Below are positions 1-16,785 of a stretch of DNA of 64,000 nt, piece after piece. Source of the stretch: Eledone cirrhosa. Lineage: Eukaryota. Position 1 is the first letter of the stretch, and each line of letters opens with the position of its first letter. The notes beneath the pieces are model-generated. The model made no database searches, was not told the DNA's origin, and saw only the letters and a program-made list of their open reading frames with translations. The DNA lies in NCBI GenBank assembly GCA_964016885.1, contig OZ024747.1, forward strand, positions 88,536,001 through 88,600,000, read 5' to 3'. A program made the position numbers and the translations under genes.

Positions 1-474
1 TCTCAGATTACACTGTGTACATCACAACAACTTTCATGATATCATGATATATATAGAGCGTATAGCGGGATAATACAAGAGGCGAAAATAAGAAATTTAT
101 ATATATGTATATTCCTTCTACTTCTTCACACAATACGTCAGCTAAATAACCTCTTAATTCGTTTACTATTCTAATAAATTCACACCTCCGGTCCCTTCTT
201 CTTTCCATCTATTTTCCATCCTCTAATTATATAAGACATTCTTTCACACTCCACTCTAATAGACACTATGAAGTAGTAGAAATGGTAGATAAAAAATGAA
301 ATAAATAAGAAAAGAAATAAGAGAAAAAAGCAGAAAAAGAAAACAGTAGCAGTAGAATAAAATACGTATAATGTTCATGATGATGACGAAAAATAATACT
401 TAATCTTCGAAAACGTTTGCCATATCATTCCTCGTAGATTTGAAATGTGTGTATGTGTGTGCATGTGAGTGTGC

Positions 475-563
<89 letters not shown>

Positions 564-2007
564 TACATAGATTTATAAAAGAACGTATGACCACAAGGGA
601 ATTCTTCAGGCCTGTTATTCTTATGAAAGGAGAATACTAAAAACCGAGAGTTGGCTACGCCTTGAACAGATGTATATTTATATCATCAGACTGCTAGTAG
701 TACAGGTGGGATTAAAAGAAATATCAAGGGATATTTCTGTTGTTCTAATTAAGCAGAGATACATTTTAGATACTAAGGAATTTTTTAAGCCGTTCACTAT
801 TCTTTTGTATTAGTAAATTCAAGAGTCCCTTTAAGTGATTACAACAACTGTTAGGAATATCAACCAGATTTCTTTCTGATCATATATTCATCATCATTAT
901 GGGCTTATAACTTCTGATGGGTTCTTAGGAGCGTCGTCGTGACATTCGTCTTGAGCCTAGGACAGCTCATCCATACAGCCGACTTCTTCCAGTGAAAGAG
1001 AGATGGGAGGGAAAGAAATATAGAGAACGAATCAACCCCAGTACTGGATTGGTACTTTATCTACCTCGAAAGGATGAAAGGTAAAATTGACCTCTGCTAG
1101 ATTTGAACTCAGAGTGCAGAGATCAGAAACGAATACTATGAATCATTTTATCTGACGACCTAACAACTCCAATTCGCTGCCATACTAAATCATACACTGC
1201 CATCTTCAATTCATCAATCCGAATCAACTTCAATCTTTACGGATTCAATAGAATTACCAGTCCTGAGAGATGAATTTCGGCTTCAAATCCCATTGTTGCT
1301 TACTTTGGTGGTAAAATTAATTCGTCAACCAGTATAACATGTAATCTTTCTTTGGCACAGGCGAATAAGTACCTGTCGTGTACTGAAATTAGTTAATTGA
1401 TCACCCCCCTCCCCCCATAAACACAGTGTCTTAATTTTTGTCAATTTTTAATGTGCAGTTTCGAAAATAAATGTCTTTAAAGAAAGGTTCCTTAATATTG
1501 GTTACCAGTGATAAAGATAAGCATTAATATTTATTTATTATATCCACTACTACAATATCTTTGGATAATTCTGAATTAATGCTAGCTATTATTAGATGTA
1601 TAGCCTTGATTTGAAAGGAAAGGGAAAGCGAAAGGAAATGGCAGTTACATTTCTGAAAAGGATTAAATAAAATAAACTAGCTGGTAACAAGATTTATAAT
1701 CAGATTGCACACACAATTTACTTAAAATTCCCTCCATAATCTATAAAGAATCTTTACAATTTATCAACGTAAATATTAAAGATAGATGAAGGAAGAATGA
1801 CACTAAATTCTCATTGAGCCAATACACTTAGGTCTAAATGTAGATAGAAACATGTAGATAGCAATGAAGGAATGATGTATGCCCTTAACATATCGATAAT
1901 TAATTAAAGAAATAAATAAATAAAACAAAAATACCTACCTCAAATATTTCAATAATTAATTAAATGAATAAATACTAAATAATAAAATAGAGTACCTATA
2001 TTCTTCC

Positions 2008-2662
2008 TCCCAAGGAAGCCTGCACAGTGCATTCTACATTTGAATGGATTTCAACTGAAGTGGGTGGAGCAAATATCTCGGAGCTGTGTTCACGGGTGGT
2101 GGAAGGCAGGAGGCTGAATTAAGTGCAGGAATTGCAAGAGCTGGTGCAGCAATGCACCAGCTTCAGCATTCGGTAACCAGAAGAGAGGTAGATGTAAAAG
2201 CCAAACTGGCTATCTTTAATTCGGTATTCGTGCGAGTCCTTTGCTATGGTCATGAATCTTGAGCAATGACCTAAAAAATATGATCGCTAATACAAGCGAC
2301 CAAAATAAGGTAACGTTACTCGATAAAGTGTGTAGCTCGGAGGTCAGAGAGTCACTCCAGGTAGAGCCGCTACTTCTCCGAATTGAGAGATCACAGCTCC
2401 GATACTATGGGCATGTGGTTAGAATGTCTCAGGAGAGAATCGCTGGTTAGATTTTATGGGCAAAACCAACCAACAGGGAGGAGACCCAGACGTAGACTCC
2501 AAGCAAGGTTGTTGGATAATATCTATGAACATGGCTGGTGTCGCTTGGGGATCCATCCGGATCAGTTGGAGACGATTGCTTCTGACAACACCCGATGGAT
2601 GGCGTGTTTGTGGACTTTTCCCCCCCCCCTCGACCCTACCAGGAATAAATGGAATAAGAAGA
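2008..2662 (+). mobile_element. RTE-clade (Expander/Rex3-like) LINE, decayed 3' end of ORF (RT C-terminal region)
   Basis: Frameshifted translation KYLGAVFT..ARAGAAM..KAKLAIFNSVFVRVLCYGHES / VRESLQVEPLLLRIERSQLRYYGHVVRM..PTGRRPR..W matches the RTE C-terminal pattern; contains stops. Confidence 0.85.
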
Positions 2663-3024
2663 CCTATTTCAATATTTCAATAATTAATTAATTAATTAAT
2701 TTAATTAATTGAACAACTTTCCTTATTATTTCAAATAATAAAATAAAATACTTTCGTGAGTTATCAGAAACCCAACACACAGAAATATAAGGAATAATGA
2801 TATCATAAATATTAATACTGCTGTATTTCGAGAAATACACAAACAAAATATATGAGATTAATAGGTTTTTATATTTTACTTAGCAGCATGCTTCCAACTA
2901 TTAAATAGACAAATGACGCCAAAATTATTGAAAATAATGAAAGAATAATAAAATAGAAATATTATTTCACCAATACTTAAAGAAAGATCGCAACGATGGA
3001 TCGAAATTACCGCAAAAAATAATG

Positions 3025-3222
3025 ATTTCTACTATAAGCACAAGGCCAGCAATTTTTGTGTGGGGGGGGGGGGAATAGTCGATTTAATCGACCCCAGTGC
3101 ATTACTAGTGCTTTATTTTATCGACCCCGTAAGGATGAAAGACAAAGCTAATCTCGGTGGGATTTGAACTCGGAACGTAAAGGGCCGCAACTCTATACCG
3201 ATACTGCCAAGCCACCACCCTT
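3025..3222 (-). mobile_element. tRNA-derived SINE (dominant family; Meta/MESC-like core)
   Basis: Reverse complement of family consensus: A box TGGCAGTATCGG, B box GAGTTCAAATCC, core TTTCATCCTTACGGGGTCGATAAA, tail AATTGCTGGCCTTGTGC. Further decayed or partial copies at ~1030-1180, 4290-4400, 12760-12860, 24893-25097, 25598-25770, 29333-29442, 35740-35870, 37878-37940, 40115-40212, 40545-40665, 43485-43605, 51450-51600 and 55821-55880. Confidence 0.8.
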
Positions 3223-3837
3223 ATTACCGTAAAAATAATAAAAAGTTTATTTTAAAGCACAAACAAAATACCTGCACACACATGCATACATATCTGCCTT
3301 GTTGATGTTTAAATACCAATGAGGGTGTATTGTATCGATGTTAGAAACCGATTCTCTCTCTATTGATAAAAATTAATAAAATTATAAAACCAGAAAAAAG
3401 CATACATTTTCTAAAATGCAGAGCAAATCATGAGAAGATTAGATTTTTCTATTCATACCATGGAATCTTGACATTTTTATGGATTCAATCTATCTCTATA
3501 TGTGTATTCGTTCCAGTTTGTTTTATATGCAACACATTTACGATTAAATATGTTCTCGGAATAGTTCCTTTGATGTCGATATGTCCAGATTTTTAATTAG
3601 CTTTTTTATGCTGAATATGTCATTTTTCTTTAAATATTTTTAGAAATAACTTTATTAAAGTTAAAAAATGAAATAAGTTATGACCAGCTTAGTCTTAATA
3701 AATATTATATGTTAAATATTGAATATAAAAAAAAATGTTTTTGTTGTGTATTCTGTAGTTCGAAAGTTGTTTGGGCTTAATGCTACTTATAATGATGATA
3801 AATAACTATACTGTTAATCTTTAGAGGGTCAGACAAT

Positions 3838-3950
<113 letters not shown>

Positions 3951-6269
3951 TGTGTGTGTGCGTGTGTTTAAAATGCGAGTCCAGATGCTCAGCTTGAGTT
4001 TACCTCTCTTCTTTCCACAGTCGAAAACATAACCGGGTTTTGATTTTATATCGATTATATCTTATAAACTGGAACTCTTTAATAGCCACGGTCGAATGAC
4101 TGAGATCCCGAAGTGTGTGTTTGTTTTTACATGCGTGTGTCTGCGTATATATGGGTGTGGGTGCATGAATCGCTTGGTAGGAAATAAGGCACTATATCAT
4201 TATTAGCTGTTCAGAAAAACAGTCCACCAATATATGTATTATTTGTAGCCATTTCTATGCTTTAGTTTTTAACCTATTTCTTTTGCCATTGTTAGAGCAT
4301 TGGACCAAATGTTATCTGGTATTTAGTTTTGGTCCGTTACGCTCTGAGTTCAAATACCGCCGAAGTCAACTTCGTTTTTCATTTCTCCGAAAGCATTAAA
4401 GTAACATACATGTCTTGAGGTTGATTTATGTTCCTAAAATGCAATCTAGATTTGAATGGAATTATAACAAAAGATTATCAGCATATAGCTCTGCTAACCT
4501 TAACTATATTCAATTCACTGTATTGAATATACTTTCTACCTTATAAGGTATCTATATGAACACTAAAGGATATGTGGCCTTGGATATAGTGTATTTAGAT
4601 AGAATGTTTTTGATTATAGGTTTGCATGATCAGGTGATGGTTGGCTTGTGACTAAACAACGACCAGCATACCTTTATATATAAGAAGCCGTTGAAGAAAA
4701 TCTTTCTACGTTATGCGAATACAGATTTCATGTTCTCTGCGGAATGAATAACATATCTTATTTCTAATCGAAAACTTGTTAAGTTGATACGTGAATTCAA
4801 AAAATAACATATCTTAATTCCCCTCACGCATTCATTTATTGTTGACGTCGTTAATAACCCTGATGAAACAAACCTGTATCAGAATAAATTTCATCTGCCA
4901 CCATCTCATCTCATATACTACAATTAGGATTATATTTTCTCATGTGCAATTTTGTTATTTTCGAGAGTATTAGGTGTGGAGTTTTCACAGCTTCTTCTGT
5001 GATACATCAAGCGACAAGAAGTCCTTTGGTATGTCACACATTGATGTTTTGTAGCATAATTTTGTAACATGGTGACTATATTTCATAAAAGTATTAGTAA
5101 ACGTTTCAACAATTTCAAAAGAGCAAATCTATAAAATAAACTTTGCATGAGAAGATTTAATATACAATATTTGTCTCCTAGACAAAAACTGCGACTGCGC
5201 TTCTTTACATTTATGAGATAACAGGAAAGCCCCTATATTGTCGTTTAATCTGCTAGAAATAGCAGCTAGATTGTCATTTAAAAAAAATCATTCCACACAC
5301 TCTTCAAAAGGAAAGAAAGTTTTTCTTGGATAAAAACAAAATACAATGATCACAGTTCCATCACTTTTGAGTTCAGACCTGGGGAGGAGATGGGCTTCGC
5401 CAGGTTTAAAATGCTCAAGAGAGACTGTATGTCAGAACAACTCTCCTACGGTTCCATACATAGAATTTTCTTCCAAGATTTGAGGCATATCAATCAATGA
5501 TTCAGTGTGAACAAATATTTATCGAAATGCATTTTAATGAATGCTTCTCTTTTGCACTTTTGTTTATGATGGTATTGGTCTCTGAAAGTGGAGTACCAGC
5601 ATAGATAATAGCTTGAATTCACCGATCATACAATAAGACTTGGAGAATTTTTATCTGTGTAGATGAAAATAAAACTTGAATTATTCACGTTTGTTGCTTT
5701 CTGATAATCTATAGAAAGCTACCAGTTGTGGGGTTGGGATTCTGTTTAAGTTGTTGATATAGCTGCAAACAGTTTTATGTGATAATAGTCACATAAAATA
5801 CAATGCTCTGACAACTTTTAGATATTGAAGTGCTTCTTCAACAGGTTATTGTGTAGATAGTATTTTGAATGGTTAAAATATTATTTTGATTCCTACAGGC
5901 TACGCGCAAGACCGAATGAAAGTATTTTAGTAGTTAAGCAAATACACGATGGGAGAGATATGATAGATATTTGAAGCAGACATATTCCGTTATATTCACC
6001 TTTACTTTATTTCGCTTGGTAACATTATTGAAGAAGGCAAGGTGTCAAAGAATGTTGTCGCAGATGATCACTGACGCAAATGTAAACAAAACGTAGGCGA
6101 ATTTAACGGTAGACGTGTTTTAAATGCCGTGGATCTTATGACCCTTTCATTATATTATTCTGACAGTATCAACACACCAACTAAGAGCAAGCCATTTCAG
6201 TACACACACACACAAATACGTTTGCGTGTATCCATAAAGGTATATATACACATGTATTTATGTGCGTGC

Positions 6270-6322
<53 letters not shown>

Positions 6323-6329
6323 TAAATAC

Positions 6330-6376
<47 letters not shown>

Positions 6377-6377
<1 letters not shown>

Positions 6378-6575
6378 CGAAGGAAATGTGGTAAGGAACC
6401 AGGTGGACCATAACGCACCAAAGTACTCAATACTTAGGGTAGTAGAGTGGGTAATAGGAACGAGTAGGACCCCGACAGCTGAGCTCAAGCCGTTTCGACG
6501 TCTAATTCTGGACTCAGACCAGAATTAGCCGTCGAAACGGCTTGAGGTCAGCCGTCGGGGTCCTACTCGTTCCTA
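6377..6575 (-). mobile_element. Family A: (TA)n-inserted ~200-bp palindrome-plus-tail element (probable PLE pseudo-LTR derivative)
   Basis: Palindrome 6454-6576 plus ~77-nt unique arm, (TA)n on both sides; 7 related copies in the window. Confidence 0.7.
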
Positions 6576-6596
6576 TATATATATATACATATATAC

Positions 6597-6680
<84 letters not shown>

Positions 6681-7092
6681 GGTGGCTGCCAACTCGATTT
6701 CGAGTACGGCCACTACTCTATATCCGTGTAGGAGAACTCCTACCGATGCGCTGAACGAGTGTGACTTGACTTTTTAATACAGCCAACGACTTGCAAACTC
6801 TGATACAAACACTACACCTGTGACAATTATTGACACATAGTGCTGGGCCCATGGTACCATGTGACGACAAGTGCAGAGAGATCTCCAGATATAAAGCAAT
6901 GCCTGTGCCGTGAAGCTTTTATAGTGAGCAAAGGCACTGCACAAAGCCAGTCCCACTCTCTTAACCAAGATGATATTTACCAAAAAGAAGAACAAGTCAA
7001 CATCATTGGATACCATCAGGGTTGCAGGTGTTATATCAGAGTTTTACTTCTAGAATTCTAGACAAGGCTAAGGGGTCATCTCTCCCGGTGAT

Positions 7093-8920
<1,828 letters not shown>

Positions 8921-8930
8921 ATATAGATAG

Positions 8931-9868
<938 letters not shown>

Positions 9869-9873
<5 letters not shown>

Positions 9874-9958
9874 TTAGTGGTTAGAGCATTGCAATCGAAA
9901 GGTTGTGAGTTCGATTCTCGGACTGGGTAATGTATTGTCCTTGAGCATTACACGCTTC
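9869..9958 (+). mobile_element. 5' fragment of a second tRNA-derived SINE family
   Basis: A box TGGCTTAGTGG, B box GAGTTCGATTC, then TTGTCCTTGAGCA. Confidence 0.6.
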
Positions 9959-10050
9959 AACCATACCAAATGAATTAATATATTATTGATTTGTACGCTG
10001 TAATTCTGGTAATATGCAAGAATATTTTCGAAGCAGCGAGTGGGTTTGAA

Positions 10051-10269
10051 ATTATTAGAAATGTAAGCTATCGCCGTATTTTGACTAAAGAAATTAAAGC
10101 AATTATTTAGCCTGATAGTGGGGTTAAGAAATGGAAAAAGATGAGTATTGACGTACGTCAATACTCATCTTTTTCCATTTCTCCGAGGGTTCTTAACCCC
10201 ACTATCAGGGTAAATAATTTCTTTAATTTCTTTAGTCAAAATACGGCGTTAGATTACATTTCTAATAAT
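10051..10269. repeat. Spacerless ~105-bp-arm palindrome abutting (TA)n
   Basis: Centre TTGACGT|ACGTCAA at 10154/10155; right arm has an 11-nt extra segment. Confidence 0.9.
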
Positions 10270-10320
<51 letters not shown>

Positions 10321-11191
10321 AATACGTTTTACTAATAAAAATCTAAAAGAAATCGTAAACAAATCTATTTCAAATAATATCAGATTAATTTCGATCAAAT
10401 GATATCAGATTGAAGTCAGTACACGGGTATCTATGGTTGACTAAACCTTTGAGGTGGTGGCCCAGCATGGCCACTGTCCAACAGCTAATACGAGTAGATA
10501 GAGATGCGATGAGATAATTTATAGAAAAATGTATGTAGTGGAGATATTCTCAAACCATTGTTGATTTGGTGAGTAAATTAATAAAGGTAGTTTAAAAAGA
10601 GAGTAAGTCATAAAATGCAGTTGATCAATGCTTATAATCACATTATCAAGCTGCGAGATGAGATATTAATTTCCATTAAAATCTCATATAGAAACCAACT
10701 GTGAATGCGACGAAAATTATTTGTGGATAACTACATTTTCCAACAATAACAGCCTATGAGAAGAAATTTATATTATGAACATTGATAACAGAATAGATTT
10801 TTTTACTGTCTATAGTCGTGAAAGAAGGTAATTACAGAACAGCTGGAGAATTGTTCACAGTGGTAAGATGTGGTTTAAAAGTTGAATTAACGTAATAAAG
10901 TTACCCTTGCTCAAATGGAGCGGCTTAGCAATCAGCACATTGAGATGTGGCCTATGGTAACAACACACTGATCAAAGTTATTTGATATTCAGTTGTCTAT
11001 TTTGGTGTTGTGGTGATGGTATTGGAACGAACTGATAAGGTGAGCGTTTATGTCGTCTGTGAGACTTATCCAAAACATCCGTCAAATTTACATTGCTTGA
11101 ACTATTCAGTCACGGGAGACCATACATGCACTTTAGGTCTTATGTCTCTGATACACTTTGATGTAAATATGTACAAACGCACACACACACA

Positions 11192-11243
<52 letters not shown>

Positions 11244-11282
11244 TTATTTCTATTATACATTTATATATATATTGGTTTACGA

Positions 11283-11355
11283 AGCTAGTCGAAGAGAATC
11301 GATACAGCTAGTCAAAGAGAATCGGTACAGCTAGTCAATGATGATCGGTACAGCT
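11283..11355. repeat. Tandem repeat, 23-bp unit x3
   Basis: AGCTAGTCRAAGAGAATCGRTAC repeated. Confidence 0.8.
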
Positions 11356-11916
11356 TACTCACTCAATGATATAATATGGTTTGTAATTAGAAATACAAGC
11401 CCGTTACTCAGAATGCACAATACGTTAATCAGTAAGATAAACGACTCCGTGTGGGTACTGATATTAGTATATCAAAGATACCCGAACAGATGCATCAGTT
11501 CTTAGGCTCCAGTCAGTTAACAATAGCTTCAACTGGAACCACTATTCACAGTAGTTAGGTAATATCAGCAGATATGACATAATTTGGCGCTGGTGCACTT
11601 CGTTAGAGGAGGGTGGTCTCCCATGAATGGAGAGGTCTGTTTTAAACGACTCGTACACGCCTAGTCGTTATCACAAATGTAGTAGTCATAGGCTTGTAGT
11701 GAAAAGTAGACGAAAAGGCATCACAGGGGCCCCATACTGTACAATGAAGATATATGCAGTTCCCCGTCCTTCGTTTTTATGGGGTTTTTTTTTATTAAAC
11801 CATTTCTTGAGGTTTCTCCTTGAAAATTTGTTTTTTTGTTTTGTTTGTATCCGTTCGTTGTCTTGTCCTCTCTTTGTTAATTCTTTTAAGTTGATATATA
11901 TATATGAAAAAGTTTA

Positions 11917-12055
11917 ACCCCGACGGCAGATCTCAAGCCGTTTCGTCGGCTATTTCTGGACTCCAGAAATAGCCGTCGAAACGGCTCTACTACCCTAAGC
12001 ATTGAGTACTCTGGTGCGTTATGGTCCACCTGGCTCCTTACCACACCTCCTTCGT

Positions 12056-12056
<1 letters not shown>
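11917..12056 (+). mobile_element. Family A element, internally deleted, opposite orientation
   Basis: Shares palindrome core and tail with 6377-6575. Confidence 0.75.
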
Positions 12057-12086
<30 letters not shown>

Positions 12087-12611
12087 ATCTATGTGCCTAT
12101 ATATCTATACATTCATATGTTTTTATTTGATATGAGATAACATAACATGAAATAGTTGTAAAGAATAATGTAATCTATCTGCTGTAATTGTCAAAGCAGT
12201 TAATTACGTGGATATTATTCTTCCATAACCCTCCTGAGATACATAAATATAAACGTACACACACACACACACACACACATACACTCACATACACTCAACA
12301 CTAGAGAACATGAAATACGTCATTTGTGTACGTACGCAGGGATATACAATCTAAATGAAATATACCAGTAGAATCATTATTAGAAATGATCTTTTTTCTT
12401 TTAATGATATTGCAAAATAGCTAAGTAGGCTTATATTTCATTAACTAGAGCCATAACTCCTGGGGGTTGTCCTATGAGTGCCGTATGGGGGCATTCAAAC
12501 TTGGTAGAACTAATTTCTCTGTAGATCAAAACGCAACCGATTTCTTCCAGGGAATGTCAGAGAGAGAGAGAGAGAAAGAGAGAGAGCGAGAGCGAGAGAG
12601 AGAGAGAGAGC

Positions 12612-12709
<98 letters not shown>

Positions 12710-12864
12710 AGTGAGAAAAAAGTATAGAGGAAAAATCTCCCACAGTATTAACCAGATACTTTATTTGTCGAAATTGAAAGGATAAAAGGCAAAATTGATC
12801 TTAGTTGAATTTGAGCTCAGAGCGCAGAAAACTGGAACAAATACCACAAAGCATTCTATTCACC

Positions 12865-13070
12865 CTGGCAGAATTGGTAGAGCGTCAGAAACTATGTTTT
12901 ACGGCATAGTTACTTCCTTTTATATTCTGAATTCTAATCCCGCCGAGGTTAGCTTAGCCTTTCATCTTTAACGGGTCGATACAATAAATCACCAGTAATG
13001 CACTGGGGTCGATTTAATCGACTTCCCCCTCCGCCAAAATTGCTGGCCTTGTGCCTAAATCAGAAACAAT
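12865..13070 (+). mobile_element. tRNA-derived SINE (dominant family)
   Basis: Near full-length match to family consensus. Confidence 0.85.
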
Positions 13071-13391
13071 TCTATGCACCCTTTGCTGCCTTTAAAATCA
13101 ATAACAAATCATTGCCTGGAAACTGGTGTAATAAAAGTTAAAACTAGACACCTATGAAGATATTTAAATTATGAACCATATATTGATTTCCTTGTTGTTC
13201 TATAAAATGGGTACTAGGTCGAACATAAGAATACGCTGAACATGAAATATATTAAACATACAAAAAGGTACACACAAATACAAATAAATGGACACATACG
13301 CAAATATATACTCGCATGCACGTAAAACTTCATACACACGTACATATACACCAATATAAACATGCGCATCCATCCATCCATACATACATAC

Positions 13392-13449
<58 letters not shown>

Positions 13450-13953
13450 CATACATACAATATGGCAAACTAAATGAAGTACGTATTGCTCCATCATGAC
13501 ATTCCTACTTGATGATGTAGAAAAATATCCTACAGAAGTCTTGTATTTCTGGGCATTACTTTTTACTTTGAAGTACATCAATTTATCTAGCTGTCAATAT
13601 CAGGTGTCTGATTGTCAGGAAATATTACTCTCATAGCTGTAATGAAAAGAAAAACGAAGCCATTTTAGTGTTGTCTTTTTACCAACAACACAAAATACAT
13701 CTAGCTTTTTCGACTTAGATAAGATTTTATCCTGCTTATATTTAATATTATATATAATATTAGATATAATAAGCTCAGTTTCAATTAATCTTCGATTCAA
13801 TTTAATAATATTTATTATTTCACGTTTCAAACATTTTAAAGACAATGTGCACTCACCATATAATAATTTGATATTAAATTTAATATCATTTTACAAACAG
13901 TCCATCATCCTTGAAATACTAACATATTCTCACCGAATTACACACACACACAA

Positions 13954-13986
<33 letters not shown>

Positions 13987-15138
13987 CACAATGTTTTTCA
14001 ACACGCTGACGCGTATGTGTATATGTGCGTGTATGTGCATATGCATGCATTTATATGTATGAGTATATAAATATAAACGCGCAGACACAGACACACTTAC
14101 AAAAATACACTCACAGAGATACATTCAGACAAATAAACATACAATCACACAAACGCACACATATACTCACGCAAACACACACATATACTCACACAAACAC
14201 ACACATATACTCATACACAGCTCAAATTTATATATAGATATATATATGTGTGTGAGAGGGAGATAGAGGGGGGGGAGATATATGGAGGGGGGGAGAAAGA
14301 GGGGGAGAGAGAGAAAGAGAGAGGGATAGAGAGAGAGAGAAAGAGAGAGATAGATAGAGATATATATATATATAGAGAGAGAGAGAGTGAGAGAAAGAAA
14401 GAGGGAGAAAGAGAGAAATAGATAGAGAGAGGACGCAGACTGAAAAAAAGATTCTTGTAGGTTTAACATGTGACGATTTACGATTACTTTCTTCTTTCTA
14501 ACTAATATATCATGTATAAAAAATAAATGGAATATTACTCTCAGGTCCCAAATAGGTGTGTGTGTGTGGGGGGGGGGGATAAGAGAGGAGTTGGAGAATC
14601 GATAATTTTTCTACGTTGACCCCAACCTTTCTTATTCCTCTTATAACGTATGGCATTTCTAGTAATCTACTTTTAATGTATAAAGAAAATTAACTATCGC
14701 AGGAATGCTGCTACTTAAAATATAATTTCGTTGGATATAAATTACCAAAATTCAATAAGCGACGGTTTAGAATAAACGAAGGTGGGGGAGGGCTCTGAAA
14801 GATCAATAATCAGGAGGGGGGGGGGCATTATTAGAGATGCGAGACTAGTTGTTTTTAATTTTTTTTTGTTATTCAGTATATCGTGATGCTTCTGCATTAA
14901 TTGGAAGATTTTGTTAGGTTAACGCTTGACGAAAAAGCTTTTAATAAGGCTGCGATTTATCTTATTGTCTCTTCGTGTATATATATCTAAATATTTTACC
15001 CGCTTTCTTTTCGTATGTGTATGATGGGCTATTTACTTATATGGCAATTGTGTTGTCAATTTCCCTGTATTAGAAAGAAAGAAGACGATTTGCTACATAG
15101 CTATATTCAGAATCAATCGAATATGTGTTGAGATCAGA

Positions 15139-15375
15139 GTGGTCGCCGCGGGAGTCACTATCCTCCATCCCACCGAGGAGGTCCTAGCTGCTCTTCGGCT
15201 CAAGTATCCTGAGCCGCCCGCAGACCTCAGACCCATATCCACACCTAATCCTTACCTACTCTTTGTGGCATTAGACGCAGACATCATGTCTGCCATTAAC
15301 TCCTTCCCTGCCAGCAGCAGCGGAGATACTGATGGTCTCCGACCCCGTCACCTCAAAGTGTTGCTATCCCGCCCT
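15139..15375 (+). mobile_element. CRE-clade non-LTR retrotransposon RT N-terminal fragment
   Basis: EEVLAALRLKYP...AINSFPASSSGDTDGLRPRHLK resembles the L..KHP...AI.SFP.GS.GGPDGLRP.HLK motif of CRE RTs. Confidence 0.7.
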
Positions 15376-15924
15376 ATCAGTATGATTATCGACAAAGTCA
15401 ACAAAATTGATGGAGTGGGATAGAGAGAAAGAAAATAGAAAATAGAAAGCGTGAAGACTAAACTATCAGTAAGTGCAAATCTACACGCGTACGCAAACAA
15501 ACATTTACCTGACCTCGCATGGACTTTCCTCACACCAATGCCAGCTGTTTAACATTTATACACTGATGATGGATTTGGCAACTTTGCTGTTCCAAACAAA
15601 TTTCTAAGTAGCTATTCATAAAAAGAAAAAAAAATTAGTAAAAAACACACACTCTCACATGTATGTATGTAAAATTGAAATGGAAAGCAGTTCATCAGCC
15701 ACTATAACTGGTGACGTTGGATGTTTGGTGGTAAGAGAAGAAAACCTCTGCTCGGTTCTCCACCACAGCAATAGGTGTCCAATATATGAACATTGCTGTA
15801 CGGAATTTGTGCAAGGAAACGAAGAAGATGCGAATAAAACAGTCAACAAAGAACCATATGTGTGTGAGTGTGACACGCATACACACACAGCACCTCTCTC
15901 CCACAAAACACATACCTGTATATG

Positions 15925-16153
15925 TGTTTAGGAAGTAGATTCTTGGCTTTGCCACATAGATGTGTATATTTTATATATACATGTTGGAGCTCATAGATGT
16001 GTATATGTGTACACATCTATGAGCTCAAACATGTATATATAAAATGTCTATCAAGAATGACTACTTACCTGCACTACTTCCTTTCGTTTAAATAAGCTGT
16101 ACCTCTCCCATTATACATCTATGTGGCAAAGCCAAGAATCTACTTCCTAAACA
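15925..16153. repeat. Nested inverted repeats
   Basis: Perfect 39-bp IR 15925-15963/16115-16153 enclosing a 36-bp hairpin 15968-16045 (1 mismatch, 6-nt loop). Confidence 0.9.
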
Positions 16154-16785
16154 ACTTAGAAGGAGGGTGTGGTAGAGAATCCTGACTGTTTCTGCCTACA
16201 CTACACTTTCCTTGTATCCCCACCTATGAGGAAGCCATGTAAAAGATGGTATTTCATTATCGCACACATGAATGATATTTAATCACTGCCAACGAAAGAT
16301 CCACTGTCTGTTTGTGGTTCCAAAGGATTCGAGTTCTGACCTTTGCAGTATAGGAAAATTCAGCGCGAAAAGTACATATCAAATTTTATATTGCATGTAT
16401 TGTATATATTTTGATGCATGTTAATAAGATGTTTCTGCAGTAGCTTTACAATAAGGGTCCCTGTATAATAAAAAAAAAAAAGTTTTACTCACCATGATAT
16501 TGCCAAACAGGAAGAATTAACCAGACTATCGGAGATAATACCTGAGTTGGCTTTACTCCCACTTTCCCTACCTTACTTACAAATGTAGAGTTTACGGACA
16601 GATAACAGAAGAGCAGACGCAAACTAGATTAGAAACTAGTTAGAAATTTGGACGGTTAAAGCTGCTAGCACTCGTTTACACACCTTTACCAGTTTAGCAA
16701 TTTCAGTGCCACTACAAAGTTGTCTGGAAGACAACTTTTTCCTGGAGATGTGATCAGTTACACACGCCAAATATGGTTAGTGATT

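Noticed and set aside
4991-5028. Possible micro-exon (AG..GTATGT; FFCDTSSDKKSF)
   Set aside because: Splice-like signals only; no recognisable protein or partner exons
5899-5974. Possible terminal exon LRARPNESILVVKQIHDGRDMIDI*
   Set aside because: No homology recognisable; within chance expectation
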